Shown here piece by piece: positions 12,801 through 25,399 of a stretch of 64,000 nucleotides of DNA (within the stretch, counting starts at the first letter, position 1; the number at the start of each line of letters is the position of its first letter). The DNA lies in assembly GCA_002633005.1 (NCBI GenBank), contig NMRA01000052.1, positions 486,722 through 550,721 on the forward strand. The letters run 5' to 3'. A program made the position numbers and the translations under genes. The notes beneath the pieces were generated by a model. It made no database searches. It was not told the DNA's origin and saw only the letters and a list, made by a program, of their open reading frames with translations. Source of the DNA: Phoronis australis (Eukaryota; Animalia; Phoronida).

Positions 12801-14969
12801 AAGATAATTCATATGACAGGAATGATGGGCCAGACGAAATATGAATGAGGATGCTTTTTTGACACCAGAAGCTGTTCTTTCACTAAGCTGTGAGAATTGT
12901 TTACAGACGAGAACGATAGAATATTGCTGTTCGAACAAGACTACCACTGCTACTGAGACAAAAGAGACGTACTATTACTACTACTACAAGATATTATTAC
13001 TGCTACATTAAGGACTGGATAACATTAAGCACACGGATGATGGAAAGGTACTGTATGGTCAGTTAACTTTATAGTAGTTCCTTTAGGTGCTAGGGTGAAA
13101 ACAATCAAGGAGGATCCAGCTGATATAATTACATCCAGTATGTTGTGGAAAGGGGATATAACCTGGTTCCCGGGCCTCACAAGATGACGTCACGGATAAC
13201 TTGTGAAGGCCCAGGTACAGGACACTAGAACGATGGATTTCATTGGCTGTCAGCTGGCAATTTTTAACCAGGAAGTTGACGTGCGCACGCTCACAAAATA
13301 AAAACATCCGGTAAATCGAACGTCGAATCTCTCTGGTAAGCAAGTTGTTTAAATTGCGATTTTACTAAGAAATCGGCCTGTAAAGGATGCAATTATCGAT
13401 TCATTATCGTAAGATTAAACATGAGGTACCACCAGTCTCACAATTTCACTTGACATTTCCCAGATGCAGTGTTTGAACGCGTTTTACGAGTTCCTATAGT
13501 TGTCAAACGTATGGAGTTTCCGCGAACTTGGCAACTGTCCAAGCAATTTTCCTAATTGTGTTTAGATATTAAAATTACCTGCACTTTCTCCTCAACGTAT
13601 ACCATAAACATGAATTGACATTGGAATCGCGTTTTTCACTTCACACTCACCAGCTTTACAGCTTGAATACATTTCAGGTAATTATCAGATGTGCTGAATG
13701 TTTCACCAACTTTGCAACTGGCCAGACTATTCCAACATCAAGCAACATGTTATAATCAACTGCAATATACCATAATTTTGGATTTCACTAACCTGTTTAG
13801 TTAAATTCATCGATTTCATTGATGCAGTTGGAAACGAAATGATTTTCAGTTCTCACATATTTCCATGAACTAGTACTAAGAGTGATTTTTTCAAGTGTAT
13901 CCCAAAACCTGGTAAAAATACAGATAATGGTATGCATAATTGCCAATAAAAAACACATCTGGATCGACACGATATTTCAAGGTCAAACAACCACTGCAAT
14001 ACCCAGAAACATCTAGACAGTGCCGTTGTTTGTTATTGTCGTGTCAGTAAAATAAAAAGTGAAAAATGGGTAACTTATTTAGAACAGAAAAGAAATATAT
14101 GTTGTGGGTGTATTGAAAAGTGGGACATTTTGATCTTGTGGCAGGATGCTGGACATAGTTTCAATAAGTGGGTTGGTCCCATCAGAAGTGAGTACGTACC
14201 ATGTTTCCACTAAATATTGATTCTTTTAATATAGGTTCTGATACATATAATGCAACCAAAATGTAATCTTTTGTCATCAAGTGTTAACTAAAAAAGTTGG
14301 GATGTCATGCCATTTACTATAGTAAACATGTACTTGTTTTAAATCAAAGACCAAGCTGCATACAAAGTGACTTTAACCATCCATTTGTCATAAAACTAAG
14401 TAGTTTGATTTAGACCAAATTGGCATATCAGTTTCAAAACTTATGTCAACATTTCCTTTGGAAATTATGTTGTAGTCCCTCCCTATATCGCATCCTATAA
14501 GCCGATGTTAACTGCTTTCCACAATCAAACTGCTGATCGCAAACTGACCCTTAATGCAGTTTACAGAGGTAGTTTCTTGGCTTGAAAAGAGTTGACAGTT
14601 TGTCACTGCATTGCTGCACACATTGGCTCTACAAATTGTCTTGTGGCATCGGGTATTATAAGCACTGAGTATGTGCCCTACAACAGTGTTATTTTTTCGA
14701 AGCCCAGAAAACACTTGTCAGATAAGATAGCATTTGACCAAGCCTGCCACTAACACTGGAGGTACATTCCTGAGCCAATGAGGCATTCTCAGAGCCTTTA
14801 GTGTTGTGATGTACCTTTTTCTGGGGCTACGATAGTTGTAAATGGTACCTTTTCTTAAAAAGCAAGAGTTCATCATATGTATCTAAACATTGTTAGAAAT
14901 GGACCTGTTCTGTTTAGGAAATAATATTTGAGTTTATAATTTTTAGGGGCCAAACAATGGATATGCACT

Positions 14970-17900
14970 ATGAAGAAAACACCTGTCAAGTATTCCACTG
15001 ATGTCTGCTTAATCTGTTCCTCAACACTTCGTCTCCACAATATCTCAACGTCACTAAAGGAAAGAAGATTTTTAGAACAATACCTTGAAATATCAGTAAT
15101 TAATGGAAACCTTTGCCGCAACTGCTCCTCAAAATTGTATACAATCCATAACAAGTTAGATGAATTAAAACAGAATCAAAGAAAAAACAGAATCAAAGAA
15201 AGACTGCAGCTGTATATCAAAAGTGATGCGCCAATTTGGACATTACTTCTGAGCACTCTGGAAAAAAACAATGACAGTACTCTCCTATAATTGCACGTAA
15301 TTCACTCATCCCTGTTCGAATCCCAAGTAATAAAAGTCTTCAACGAGTGACGCACCATAGCATTCTGCCAAAGCCAGGAAGTTTCATACCAATACGTAGT
15401 CCTAAGAAAGCTGAATCCAAGGGTACTGCAGTGTCAGCAAAACGGAAATTAAATCTAACTGAACATTCTTATTTTGCCTCCACTTCCGTATCCGATAAAA
15501 GTAAACCTTCTGAGAAATGTGCTACCACCGTACAAGATCCAGCTGTCAAATTATTAATGAACTTGTGCAGAAATGAAGAATCAAATGAGCAATTGACACT
15601 TGCAGAAAAGAAGAAACTTCAAGCTGTTGTTCATAATGGCAACAAACATCAAGTTTGTGAAGCGCTACACGAAATACCATCATTATTGTCTATTTTTGAA
15701 GAGATTGTTACATCAAGTGTGAGATCGAAGTGTGGGTCCTTTGGAAACAAGAAAGAAGATGTATCCTACTTATTTCACAAGTCCTACGAAGATCTGAAAA
15801 CTATGACATGAAGTAATGTTGTCCAAGAGATGTGTCGTAAAGTGCCGTTTCTTGCCAAACTTTTTTTAAGTATTATGTTGCCGATCAAGTTTCTAAGTAC
15901 AGCCGACAAAATCAAAGATGCCATGCCTCGTCTTGGAATGATGTGGGCCATTGCTATTCAAAACAGGTTTAATTATCCGAGCAAGGTGCAACGTGCTCTC
16001 ACTTTGACACTGGGCGATTGTATTGTAGATCAAAAGGTATGAACTACATGTTCTTCATACATGTATGTTTCATGGTTTAGAGCAATTGAACTTTTGAAAA
16101 GTGAAGACAAGCTAAAAAAGTAAAAGCTCTGATAACAGTTTTGGGTTGTTTGTTTCAAGATTGACATATTACTTGGATTGTGCCAGTTGCCCCCTTTATT
16201 TAATGTTACTCACAATATAGCATTTTTACAAAAACAGCACCTTTCTATTCTAATTAAATGTCAAATTATTTATGTAAAATCTAGGCTTTTAACATGATTT
16301 CACAATTAAACATAATTTCTATATTGTTCATTCCTTGTGAAACATTTTCTGGGATTCATCTTTATGTCATATTCCATATTGTTTTTCGTTTTAACTGTGG
16401 TTTTTTAATTTCAGAAACAGTGCACCAGTTGGACAATTGAGAATGAATCGCAACCCAATCAAAAGTATTGCCCTAACAGCATGCTTTAAGAAATTTGCAT
16501 GAATGTGATTAAACTGCTTGCATGATACACTGCTCTCCAAACGTGAGTCCAGATGTGAAGCAAGTAACTGACAAGTTCAGAAAATATCTCAGACTTGCCA
16601 TATTTCGAGGTCTTAAAAAGAATGGAAAAATGTACATTTTTTCAAAACTTGACTTGGACCCTGCAGCCACTTATGCTGTGATAATGAACCCATTCACCAC
16701 TTATGGCTTGCAGTCAAACTGTTCTTTAACATTCTAGTTTTACCGTTTTGATATTTGAATTTGTTTTTTAAAGTGATGACATTTCAAAATTGTTCTACCA
16801 TATTTCCGAAAATAATTACAAGCCAACATGGTTTAAATTAACAAGATAGACATTTCTCATTTAGCAAACTATCTTTCCCACAGATTGTAGAACACGATCC
16901 TTGTATTCACCTTGCCATACCACATCTCAGATGTTAGGCTATCCCAAATAGCCAGCACACATGCACTGAAGACAATCAAAAATTCCTGATCAAACTCAGT
17001 CAGTGATAGCATTATGTCTAGTTTATAGCTCCTGAAGCCCCAATATTGCATCATTTTCATTTTACATTATACCTTTGAATTGAGGTTAAAAATTGCTCTA
17101 TTTGTTCTCTACAGTATTTCTTTCACTGAAACTAGGTTCTCGTTAGTTTTAGGTATACCCATCCTACTTCATCCATAAACTGCAACAAAATGTCAAAAAT
17201 GCTTCTTGTACACCAGACCTGACCTGAAAATTCGTGTTGGAATTTCAAAATATCCACTGCAAAAAGATGGGTATATGGGTGCTGTAAATCAATACTAATA
17301 AGCATGAATCTTTGCATGGCTTTCACTACCTACTGTACATTGACATCTGGCACTCACTCTACTTGAACTTTGTAGGTGTATGATCGCTTGCAACCTCTTG
17401 GCGTTTCGTTATCTTATAACAGTAGCCTCGACCTTTTGAAGATGATTGGTGACCACTACAAGGACGAAATAGTCACTGCTGTTCAAGATAACAAAAGGTA
17501 TTTCAATTCAGTTCAAATGTGTCTTCATTATGTTTCTTGGTTTACAAAACCTGTTTCTTGGTTATGGTATGAAAAAAGACTGAAAATATTCCATACTTAG
17601 TACTTCATACCATTGACTGTAGAAACCCATTGCTTATTTATACTTAAGGTGTTATGAATTTATTCAAAATTAAGTAATGGCTATGAATGGCATTGGTTCA
17701 GTCTCCATGGAAAAAGTTGTGGTTCAAAAATGGCTTGTTTGCAAAGTCATGAACAATTTGACGTATTTTTAAAGGTTTGATATTAACGCAAACGAATTCC
17801 TGTGGACATGTGGCACTGCAAAGTTGAACATGTCACCTGCTACCATTACAATCGAGCCATTGCTTTCATTTCAGGGTCCGGTTAGTTGGAGACAACATCA

Positions 17901-19113
17901 ACTGGAAGGTGGGTGTTAGCGAGGAACGTCTTGACCACAAACCAACGTGGCACCATGCATTTGGCTCAATGGCTATTGTACAAGAAATCGACTTTAACAA
18001 TAAATCAACCTCGAAGCCCCAGCAAAACTTCTGGGAGGTGAACCTGAAACAGTATGTCATCAATGAACTAGACTGGTCTGCCATGAGAGACGAATATGTT
18101 ATGCTAATTGCTAGAACTGCCAAGAAGCACATAAGGCTTTTGCAAAACATAGCAATTACAACCAAGACAGGACCAGAATCGGATCTCATGGGAAAAAAAA
18201 ACAAGATAATCCCTCTACCAGTGTTATTCAAGAATGAACAGCGCTATGACGATGTCAGCGACATACTCCATTTCTATGAAGATTTCATTGAAGTAAGTAT
18301 ATAATGAATACCGCACACACAATCGCCACTTAAGTGATAAAGTTTCTAAACTTCGTGCAATGCATCAACCAGTTCTTCGCATTACCAAATAAATTATCAC
18401 TTTGAGGTTATATAATGTGGATAAGAGTTTGTTACCAGTTTTTATGACATGTAAAATGTTACTTTGTTCACAGAAGGAAGTTTTATAGTACCTTTAACAA
18501 ACTAAGTTTGTATACCTATTACAATGATTAGATAGAATAGCTGAATATTTGCTGACATGTTCACATTGTATGGTTATTTGTTCTTCATAGTCTGTGTACT
18601 CTGTTGCTGAAAAGGACAAGCCAACAGTACATATTGGTGGTGACCAACTAACACGAGAGAGATTTTCCGTCTGGAGCCAAGTGCCTTTCTATTGGGGAGC
18701 AGATATCCGAGGACCGCTTTGACCATCTAAGTCCCATCACATTTGAATTATTTCATCTGCTCATGAATTATCTGATGGTTGTGTTCAAGCAACTGTACAA
18801 GGAAGTGAAAATGAGCTTGGAACGATGAAATGTGAACAGATTCTAATTTCACGGAAAAATGTCGACAGTGATGTCAAGAAGGCATATGCCTCTGACAAAG
18901 ACTTTGTCTTGTCTTTTGTCAACGCCTACATTTTAGAAGCTATACTGCACCATTTGGAAATGGAAGATGTGACAAGTAATGCAGAAATACCAATTGATAG
19001 GCGTGTTGATGACTGGGCAAATGAGAAATTTGGGGAGATTGTTGACCGCTATGTTGCACCAAAGATGTTAGACTCCATTCGCTCATGGCACAACAACCAT
19101 GAAATGGTTCAAG
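14970..19113 (+). pseudogene. Academ-type (DUF6589-like) DDE transposase, spliced, disrupted and 3'-truncated
   Basis: Exons 14970-16036, 17376-17497, 17875-18292 and 18591-19113. N-terminal CxxC...CxxC zinc motif, then RLQPLGVSLSY, LVGDNINW, PLPVLFKNEQ, GGDQLTRERF and FELFHLLMN. Frameshifts near 15180, 18670 and 18805, and a TGA at 15809-15811. Confidence 0.8.
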
Positions 19114-19141
19114 GTATTAAATAGTCAAATGTAGAATTTAA

Positions 19142-19350
19142 AGCGACATTTAAATCGTGCTTTCAATCAGAAACATTCTCGACTTAACAAGAAATTTCCA
19201 GAACCTGGTCTAATGGAGTAACAACTATCATTTGTTGCCCATGCCCAGAACTCACACATTTTTAGACTAAGGAAAATTTTATAGCATTCAGAAGTCAAAA
19301 CCTTTAGAAATCAAAACTTATTTTTAAAGAAAGCACCATTTAATGCCACT
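19142..19350. mobile_element. Kolobok-like MITE nested in the AcademH element
   Basis: TTAA|AGCGACATTTAAATCGTGCTTT ... AAAGCACCATTTAATGCCACT|TTAA: imperfect TIRs starting with AG and a TTAA TSD. Confidence 0.65.
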
Positions 19351-20009
19351 TTAAAGGTGGTAGGTTTCATTAAAACCATGAATATCTAAATTTGCTGCAA
19401 GCCATACCGACTAACTTCCTGGAGAACTGTGTGTACAAGTATTTCCAGGAAAAGAAACAATTTGTACTAAATAAATTGAGGCTTTAAAGAAAACACTACA
19501 GCCGATACACTTAAAAACATGTGTGAACATATGAAAACCCTATTAATTCCAAATATTGTGAAATTTTTACTTGTCAGTGAAATAAACAAATAATAAAAAG
19601 TTTCTTGTTTCGTTTGGCTAACGATGGAATATTACCGTACTCATCTACATAAAAATTGTCTTGCAAAATGAGACTTTGGTGAATTAATAATGGTAACTGG
19701 TTCTCAGATGGTTTCCAGCACTCAAGAGTACCTGGGGTTGTTTGTGAATTAGTATTTTATTTGTGTATTCACCATTTCATGATATTATGCATCTTCAGCA
19801 ATGCAGTTGTCATTTTGTGTGAATAAATTAAACCATATACTAATATGACATCCATGAAAAGAAGATAATTGTTGAAAATTTCAATCAGATATTTGAAAAC
19901 AGCAGCCTAAGATTTTGTTAAGGTTAAGTGTACATTGACAACAATCCGGTTTTCGGTCACAAGCTGCCGTCAAATTGATGTCACGTAGCCAATCAGTACT
20001 GAAAAGTGC

Positions 20010-20539
20010 AGTGTACATGGGGCGAAAATTATCCCCCCACTGCACCACACAGTGGGCTTCATCCACTACTACGACGAACACCGACTTCTGCTGCCATTTA
20101 CTTGACAAAAAAATGCTCAGCACTTCATCACATAACAGTTCTTCAGGGTGTCCCACAACAAAACTTGTGTTTGCCTCCCTCAAAGAGTTAACATTTTCTT
20201 TAGAAGCTCTCGTCGCTTTTTCTCCCAGTCGACACATCTGTTCTTCAATAATGGCGTTTAGAGGACTTATCAAAGCACAACGATGTCTTGAAAACCGTTC
20301 GCCGAAGCAAAGTGGGGTATGCTTTCAAATATGAGGCTTTTCCCATAGCCTGTAGGCAAAATCGAAAGAACATCGGAATCTAACAAAGCATATAAACTCA
20401 CAATCTGGCCGTGCTTCATATAGGTTATCGGATCCGCTGGTTTTCTACTTTCATTCACTTTAAAAAGAGCAAACTTGGTGAAAATAGTACGATTAAATAC
20501 AGTTGAAGCCACAGACATTCCTTCGCTGGAAGTCGCCAT
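20010..20539 (-). pseudogene. RecQ-like SF2 helicase, N-terminal RecA domain only (frameshifted, truncated)
   Basis: Walker A LPTGYGKSLIF, motif Ia ISPLNAIIEEQ, HPEELL, Walker B VVDEAHCVVQWG and the NFRPMY aromatic loop. 1-bp frameshift at ~20272. Similarity ends at ~20010. Confidence 0.88.
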
Positions 20540-21006
20540 GTTGATGAACTAGTTTGACCTATAATACAACTGACCAATAGAATGCCTTGTTTCTTGAAAT
20601 CGGAACAGCCAATGATATTGCAAGAATGCGGATGGAAACGTGTCCTGTAGCAGACCCCAACCAACCTCGAGGGTCTGTGCAGGAGACTAAAAGGGGATAC
20701 AGACGGTAGTGACATCTGGGGGATACAAGTAGTGACTAGGCAACAAGAGGCAGTGTCTACTCAGGGAGATGGGACAGTGGTAGATGTCGCTTTATCAAAT
20801 CAGGGAGGAACTACTGTGATGGGAAAATCAGGCTCGGGAGACCAACAAGGAGGGATTACCTTGGAGTTGGTTGAAAAATAACATAATTATCCTGATTTAA
20901 CCTTAGTAATGTCCGGGCTTGAAGAAGGTAGATAAACATTTGTCATTTCGTTTCAACCTTTATTGAAAGAATGATGGAGACCTAGAAGTACAAGTAAATA
21001 GCTTAA

Positions 21007-24000
21007 AGACGAATGCCACCCGATTTAATTAGTCTTTTTTACTGTCTTAATCGGTCTGGGGCCACATCAGCTCGAACACGGTCGACCTTACCTTGCCGAG
21101 AGGTGTCGCGTTAGCCTGTGAGGAAGGTGAGAAAGTCCGCAGCGACGTCAGTGGTTCCTATGCAGAGTGAATTCCGCCATGGTGTGGTGTGTCGTTTCTG
21201 CCTGTTCGAACTATGAAGCGGCGAAGAAAGCGGGTACATCGTTTTTTCGATTTCCTCGAGAGCCCGAAATGCTTCGGAAGTGGCTTGCGGCAGTGAAAAA
21301 TGACAACTACGGAGTTCATACAAAGTACGAGGCCGTGAAACATCTCCGTGTCTGTGGCCGGCATTTCGTGGACAGTGACTTCACTGACGAATTCCGGCTT
21401 GCCAAACAGTTCATGCCAGGGCAGAAAAAGCAACCGAGGCTGAAGTCAGATGCTGTGCGTAGTGTGTTTGCGTTCGGCAGGCAGGAGGCAAAGAAACGCG
21501 GACCAGTTGTTTACAAGCTCAAAAGACAACAGGCCGTGTCTGAGGTACGTAACACGAAGTCAGCCATTTTTGTTTTGACATACGGTCGACCATTCTACTC
21601 AGTGGAACTCGAAGTTTATCATTTTTTTAACGTGTTACGCAGGCATGTTAATCTAAATTGTCACTGGTATAACTCAAACGCATAATTCAAACTTGAAATG
21701 TTTACCTAGACTTCAAAGTTACTTCCTTTCTCTGAGAGACGTTTTGTTTCTTGTCTGAGCTCAAGGCACAGTGAGGTTAGTCATGGAAACACTGTCATTG
21801 AAATGTCTGTTGGGTACGGGCCATTTTATTTTCACGAAACGTTAGATACGCCCAAGCATAATGAGTGAACACTGATGAAGAGTTTTGCTATGTACTAATG
21901 GGTAAATGGTTATTGATATCTTGCATTATTTTATCATTTATGTTTTCACAAGACATTTGTGGTGACTGGCATTTTCTCAAGCTACACTTACCGCAGTGGA
22001 TGATATAGAAATTTGCAGTCGGGTCCTTCCTATGTCATTATCTTTTATACGCATTTTTTTTGTAAAACACGGTGCGAAAATTCTACTGCAGTTTTGAAAA
22101 TATGTAAATAAATGCTGTATTTTTTCACCAATTCACAGATATATCAACTGTTATTTTTTGTACATCTAGGCTTTTCAGGAATTTGGTCCTTCAACGTCAC
22201 AGGGCAAGGGGAAGACTTCTCTGTCATCTCGGGGTCAAGTGAAATCCTCATCAGTTGTTGTACCACTGTCCACCATGTCGTCAACGTCAACTACAACGAT
22301 GACCACAACACCATTCACTGAATCCATGTGCTCTAGCAGCATGACTCCCACCCGGTCCTCGATACCTGTATCATCACCATTACGATCACCTTTACCTAGT
22401 CCTCTCGTAAGTAAACTTGTCCAGCAATGCAACATTCTTAGGATCCAAATATTCTAAAGGGAAGTTTGTAGATTCAAGGTATAATAGTATGGCAAAAAAA
22501 CTGATACATGCACTGTGTTTTTGAAGAAATTTTCTGCTTTTCGAACCTCCTCACTACATTTTCATCACATGATTGTTTACCATCGTAGGTTTACGGGCAT
22601 CAGTTCAGGCAAATCTAGGAAAATTCAGGCAGGAATGAAAAATTATAGGATACATAAGTTGTGATAAAATAGGACGTATGTCAGAGTTGGTGGTAATGGG
22701 GGAGACATAAGTGGGAAAGCATGGCAAAGCTGAGAAAATTTTCCTGACAAGTTTCCTTGAACAAAAAATACACGGTGCACCCACATATTGCACCCATAAA
22801 GTAACTACACTTATTACTTATTAGTAAGTTTGGGCTATATGCTTTAGTCATGCAAATATGAACATGTAAAGTTTGGTGGTGAAAATCCACTCTTACCACA
22901 GGGCGGGCTCATGCTTTGCACTGACATACTTATCTGTGAACTTTAAGAAATTTTTGACTTCTTGTTTTGCGTAACCTGACCTAAGAAGTGAGGAATTGGA
23001 AACCTCTTACCATCTACAGATATTCTCGCTGACCCAGGCCTCTGATAATCATACACAGGCGCCCATACCAGACAATTTTCAATGTACGTGTCACACAACT
23101 TCTTTGGCATTGCAAAACACTTCCACATTCATTTGTGGTTGGAGGGCCTGGATGTGGTTGGAATTCTGGTAAAAATGTTTTGTGCGCAGTACAAGTTGGA
23201 GTATGTTGCCGCTCAATATTCACCTGACTTTCATTTCATTTAATTCATAATTGAACACTTATTTAAAATTCACTTTACGTTTTCTTTCAGAAACATCCGA
23301 ATGACCTTTGTGATGCGGATTGGGAACCTGGCGAAGAAGACTTAGGATCATCTGACTCTGGAGACTCTTTTGATGGTGTCAATCCACCTTGCCTCGATGA
23401 AGCATTGCCATCTCATCTAAAGATGAAGCACATAGTTTATGATGATCATGTGCTTGCCTTGTTCAAGCGTTGCCAGCAGTGTGGGTCAACCATTCACAAG
23501 GTGCAGAAGCTTTACCGTGGAGCCCAGTTACTAATTGCTTGGTCATGTACTGAAGGACACTCCGATGTATGGGTGAGCTCTCCCGATGTGCGTGGAATGG
23601 CAGAGATTAACCTCTTGCTGTCATCTTGTATTCTGTTCACGGGCACAACATTCCAGGAAACATCGGACCTCTTTCATTTGCTCAACGTCAACTGCATTTC
23701 GTTGTCAATGTTCACTTACATGCAGCAATCATATCTTCTACCTGTCATCAATTCCCTGTATGAGGAACAACTTGTCACGACGAACTCATGCTCAAGACTG
23801 AGGATGATGAACCTATCAACCTTGTTGGCGATGGACGGTCGGATAGCCCTGGCTATTCGGCCAAGTACACAACGTACACATTCATGGATGAAGACACTCA
23901 ACAGATTGTTCATTCAAGCCTTATTCAGAAGACAGAGGCAACTTCATCAGTTGCTATGGAACTCTTGGGGTCTAGCAAGGCATGGCATACTTTGATGAGA

Positions 24001-24050
24001 ACTCTGTACATGTTACGTGTGTTACTACTGACAGGTCGCTGGTCAGACAC
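21007..24050 (+). mobile_element. Kolobok-type DNA transposon, 5' part
   Basis: Starts TTAA|AGACGAATGCCACCCG (TTAA target, RR terminus) ~170 bp before a THAP transposase gene. The matching right TIR was not found. Confidence 0.65.
21179..24045 (+). pseudogene. THAP-domain Kolobok-type transposase (spliced, frameshifted, truncated)
   Basis: Exon 21179-21544 is a C2CH THAP domain (MVWCVVSACSN...FFRFP...W...VCGRHF...LKSDAVRSVF). Exon 22170-22406 is Ser/Thr-rich. The exon from 23291 has CQQCG...CTEGH...W.SSP, then LVGDGRSDSPGYSAKYTTYTFMD, SSVAME and TTDRS. Frameshifts near 23785 and 24000. Confidence 0.82.
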
Positions 24051-25184
24051 AAAAATACAATCAGACTAAACCAAGAGCAGGCTATTGGCTCTTCCCGATT
24101 TAAATGTTCCCTATGTGAGTGATTCACTGAGAAACTGATCAGTAAAGGATATAATGTTCTGTTCTCTATTGTAGAATGTCGAACGCTAGACGGGAACAAC
24201 TGTGGAGAGGAGTAACTGATAGTTTGATGGAGCTCATCAAGGGGGATGCTGGGGAGACAGGGTGCCATCGTGAGGCGTCGCCGAGACATGGGAGATCTGT
24301 AACTTGCCGGAGGAGCAGGTCACATCGGGAGAGAGGGCCCTCCAGTAGGGCTAGGGATGGATCTCACAGGTAAGACCGGTCACCATAGGGAGGCTGGCCA
24401 CAAGAAGAAAGCTATGGGAAGCTAGAAGAATTCTGCTATGGGGTGTCCTCACAGTCATCAGAACCCGAGCGATATGGCCAAACATGTAATAGACTGTCAT
24501 CTGCCTCCGGGGATCTTGCTTGGGACAGGAATCCAGGACCTTGTGCAATCTTGAAAACGGGTATGGTTCCTGCACTTGGCTAAGGCCGTGGATGACAAGT
24601 CACCAAAGGAATTGATCAAGCGAGTTGAGGGAAGCCCGTTTTTAACGAACCTGGGGGGACATATGCAGGAGGAGGTGCAGCTGATATGCCAACACAAGAG
24701 GTTGGAGCGGCCAAAGGAAGTGTCACTAAGGTGCATAGAGAGTTTGCCCTTGTTGATGCACTCGGAGTTGTTGGAAGCCCAGCTGAGTTAACCGTCACGG
24801 GGTCCCAGTTGATCAAGGTGGCAGGACGGAAATGGCCGGCTGGGAAGTGCATTCCATTTAAATGGTTCATGTTTCCTGGTTGAACAACCCCTGGAGACGA
24901 TGTCTGGTATGTGGGAAGCCGGCGTCGAAAGGGGCGTCAGCGGCGAGTGGGTCACCGAGTCCTCGGAGTTCGGGTGCCTCCTTGTTCTTTAATGTGTGTG
25001 TGTTGGGCAAAGAAATTACAGTTTTGCTCATGAGAAAAGCTTTTAGATGTTTTTCGTAAATGTCTGCACTGATTCTACTAGTGTATGCCATTGTATACCC
25101 ACGTGATCAAGGTTTCATTGAAGCACTTCTCAATAGTTTCTTTGTCGGGTTTACCGAGCTCGACACAGTGGGGTGCCTTTGATA

Positions 25185-25358
25185 CTTTAAACCTGGTTTT
25201 ACTGAACCAGCTCCTTGGTCTAGCAAAACCAGGCTTTCAGACTCTTAAACCATGTTAGTGAAATGCAATTCAGGTCTAAAATTAGACCAGGTTTAGGAAG
25301 ACCAGGTTTAAGTCTTAAACCTGGTTTTGTTAAACCACCTTTATGAAATCGGCTGCAG
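25185..25358. repeat. One end of a Harbinger-like non-autonomous element with AAACC(T/A)GGTTT palindromic repeats
   Basis: Six or more variants of aaacctggttt/agaccaggttt, ending ...ttatgaaatcggctgcag. The other end is not seen. Confidence 0.5.
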
Positions 25359-25399
25359 GAGTTCACAAAGGGATGAGTTGAATTTTTCTGATAGTGGAG

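Larger units (their letters stand above)
13159..20689. mobile_element. AcademH-type DNA transposon (transposase + RecQ-like helicase), internally deleted, both ends intact
   Basis: Perfect 10-bp TSD AAAGGGGATA at 13149-13158 and 20690-20699. Termini are 5'-TAACCTGG and GGAGACTA-3', each end forms a hairpin, and the transposase and helicase genes inside are convergent. Confidence 0.85.

Noticed and set aside
19881-20539. Host or bacterial (HGT) recQ gene
   Set aside because: It is frameshifted, truncated after motif II, and lies inside a TSD-bounded transposon.
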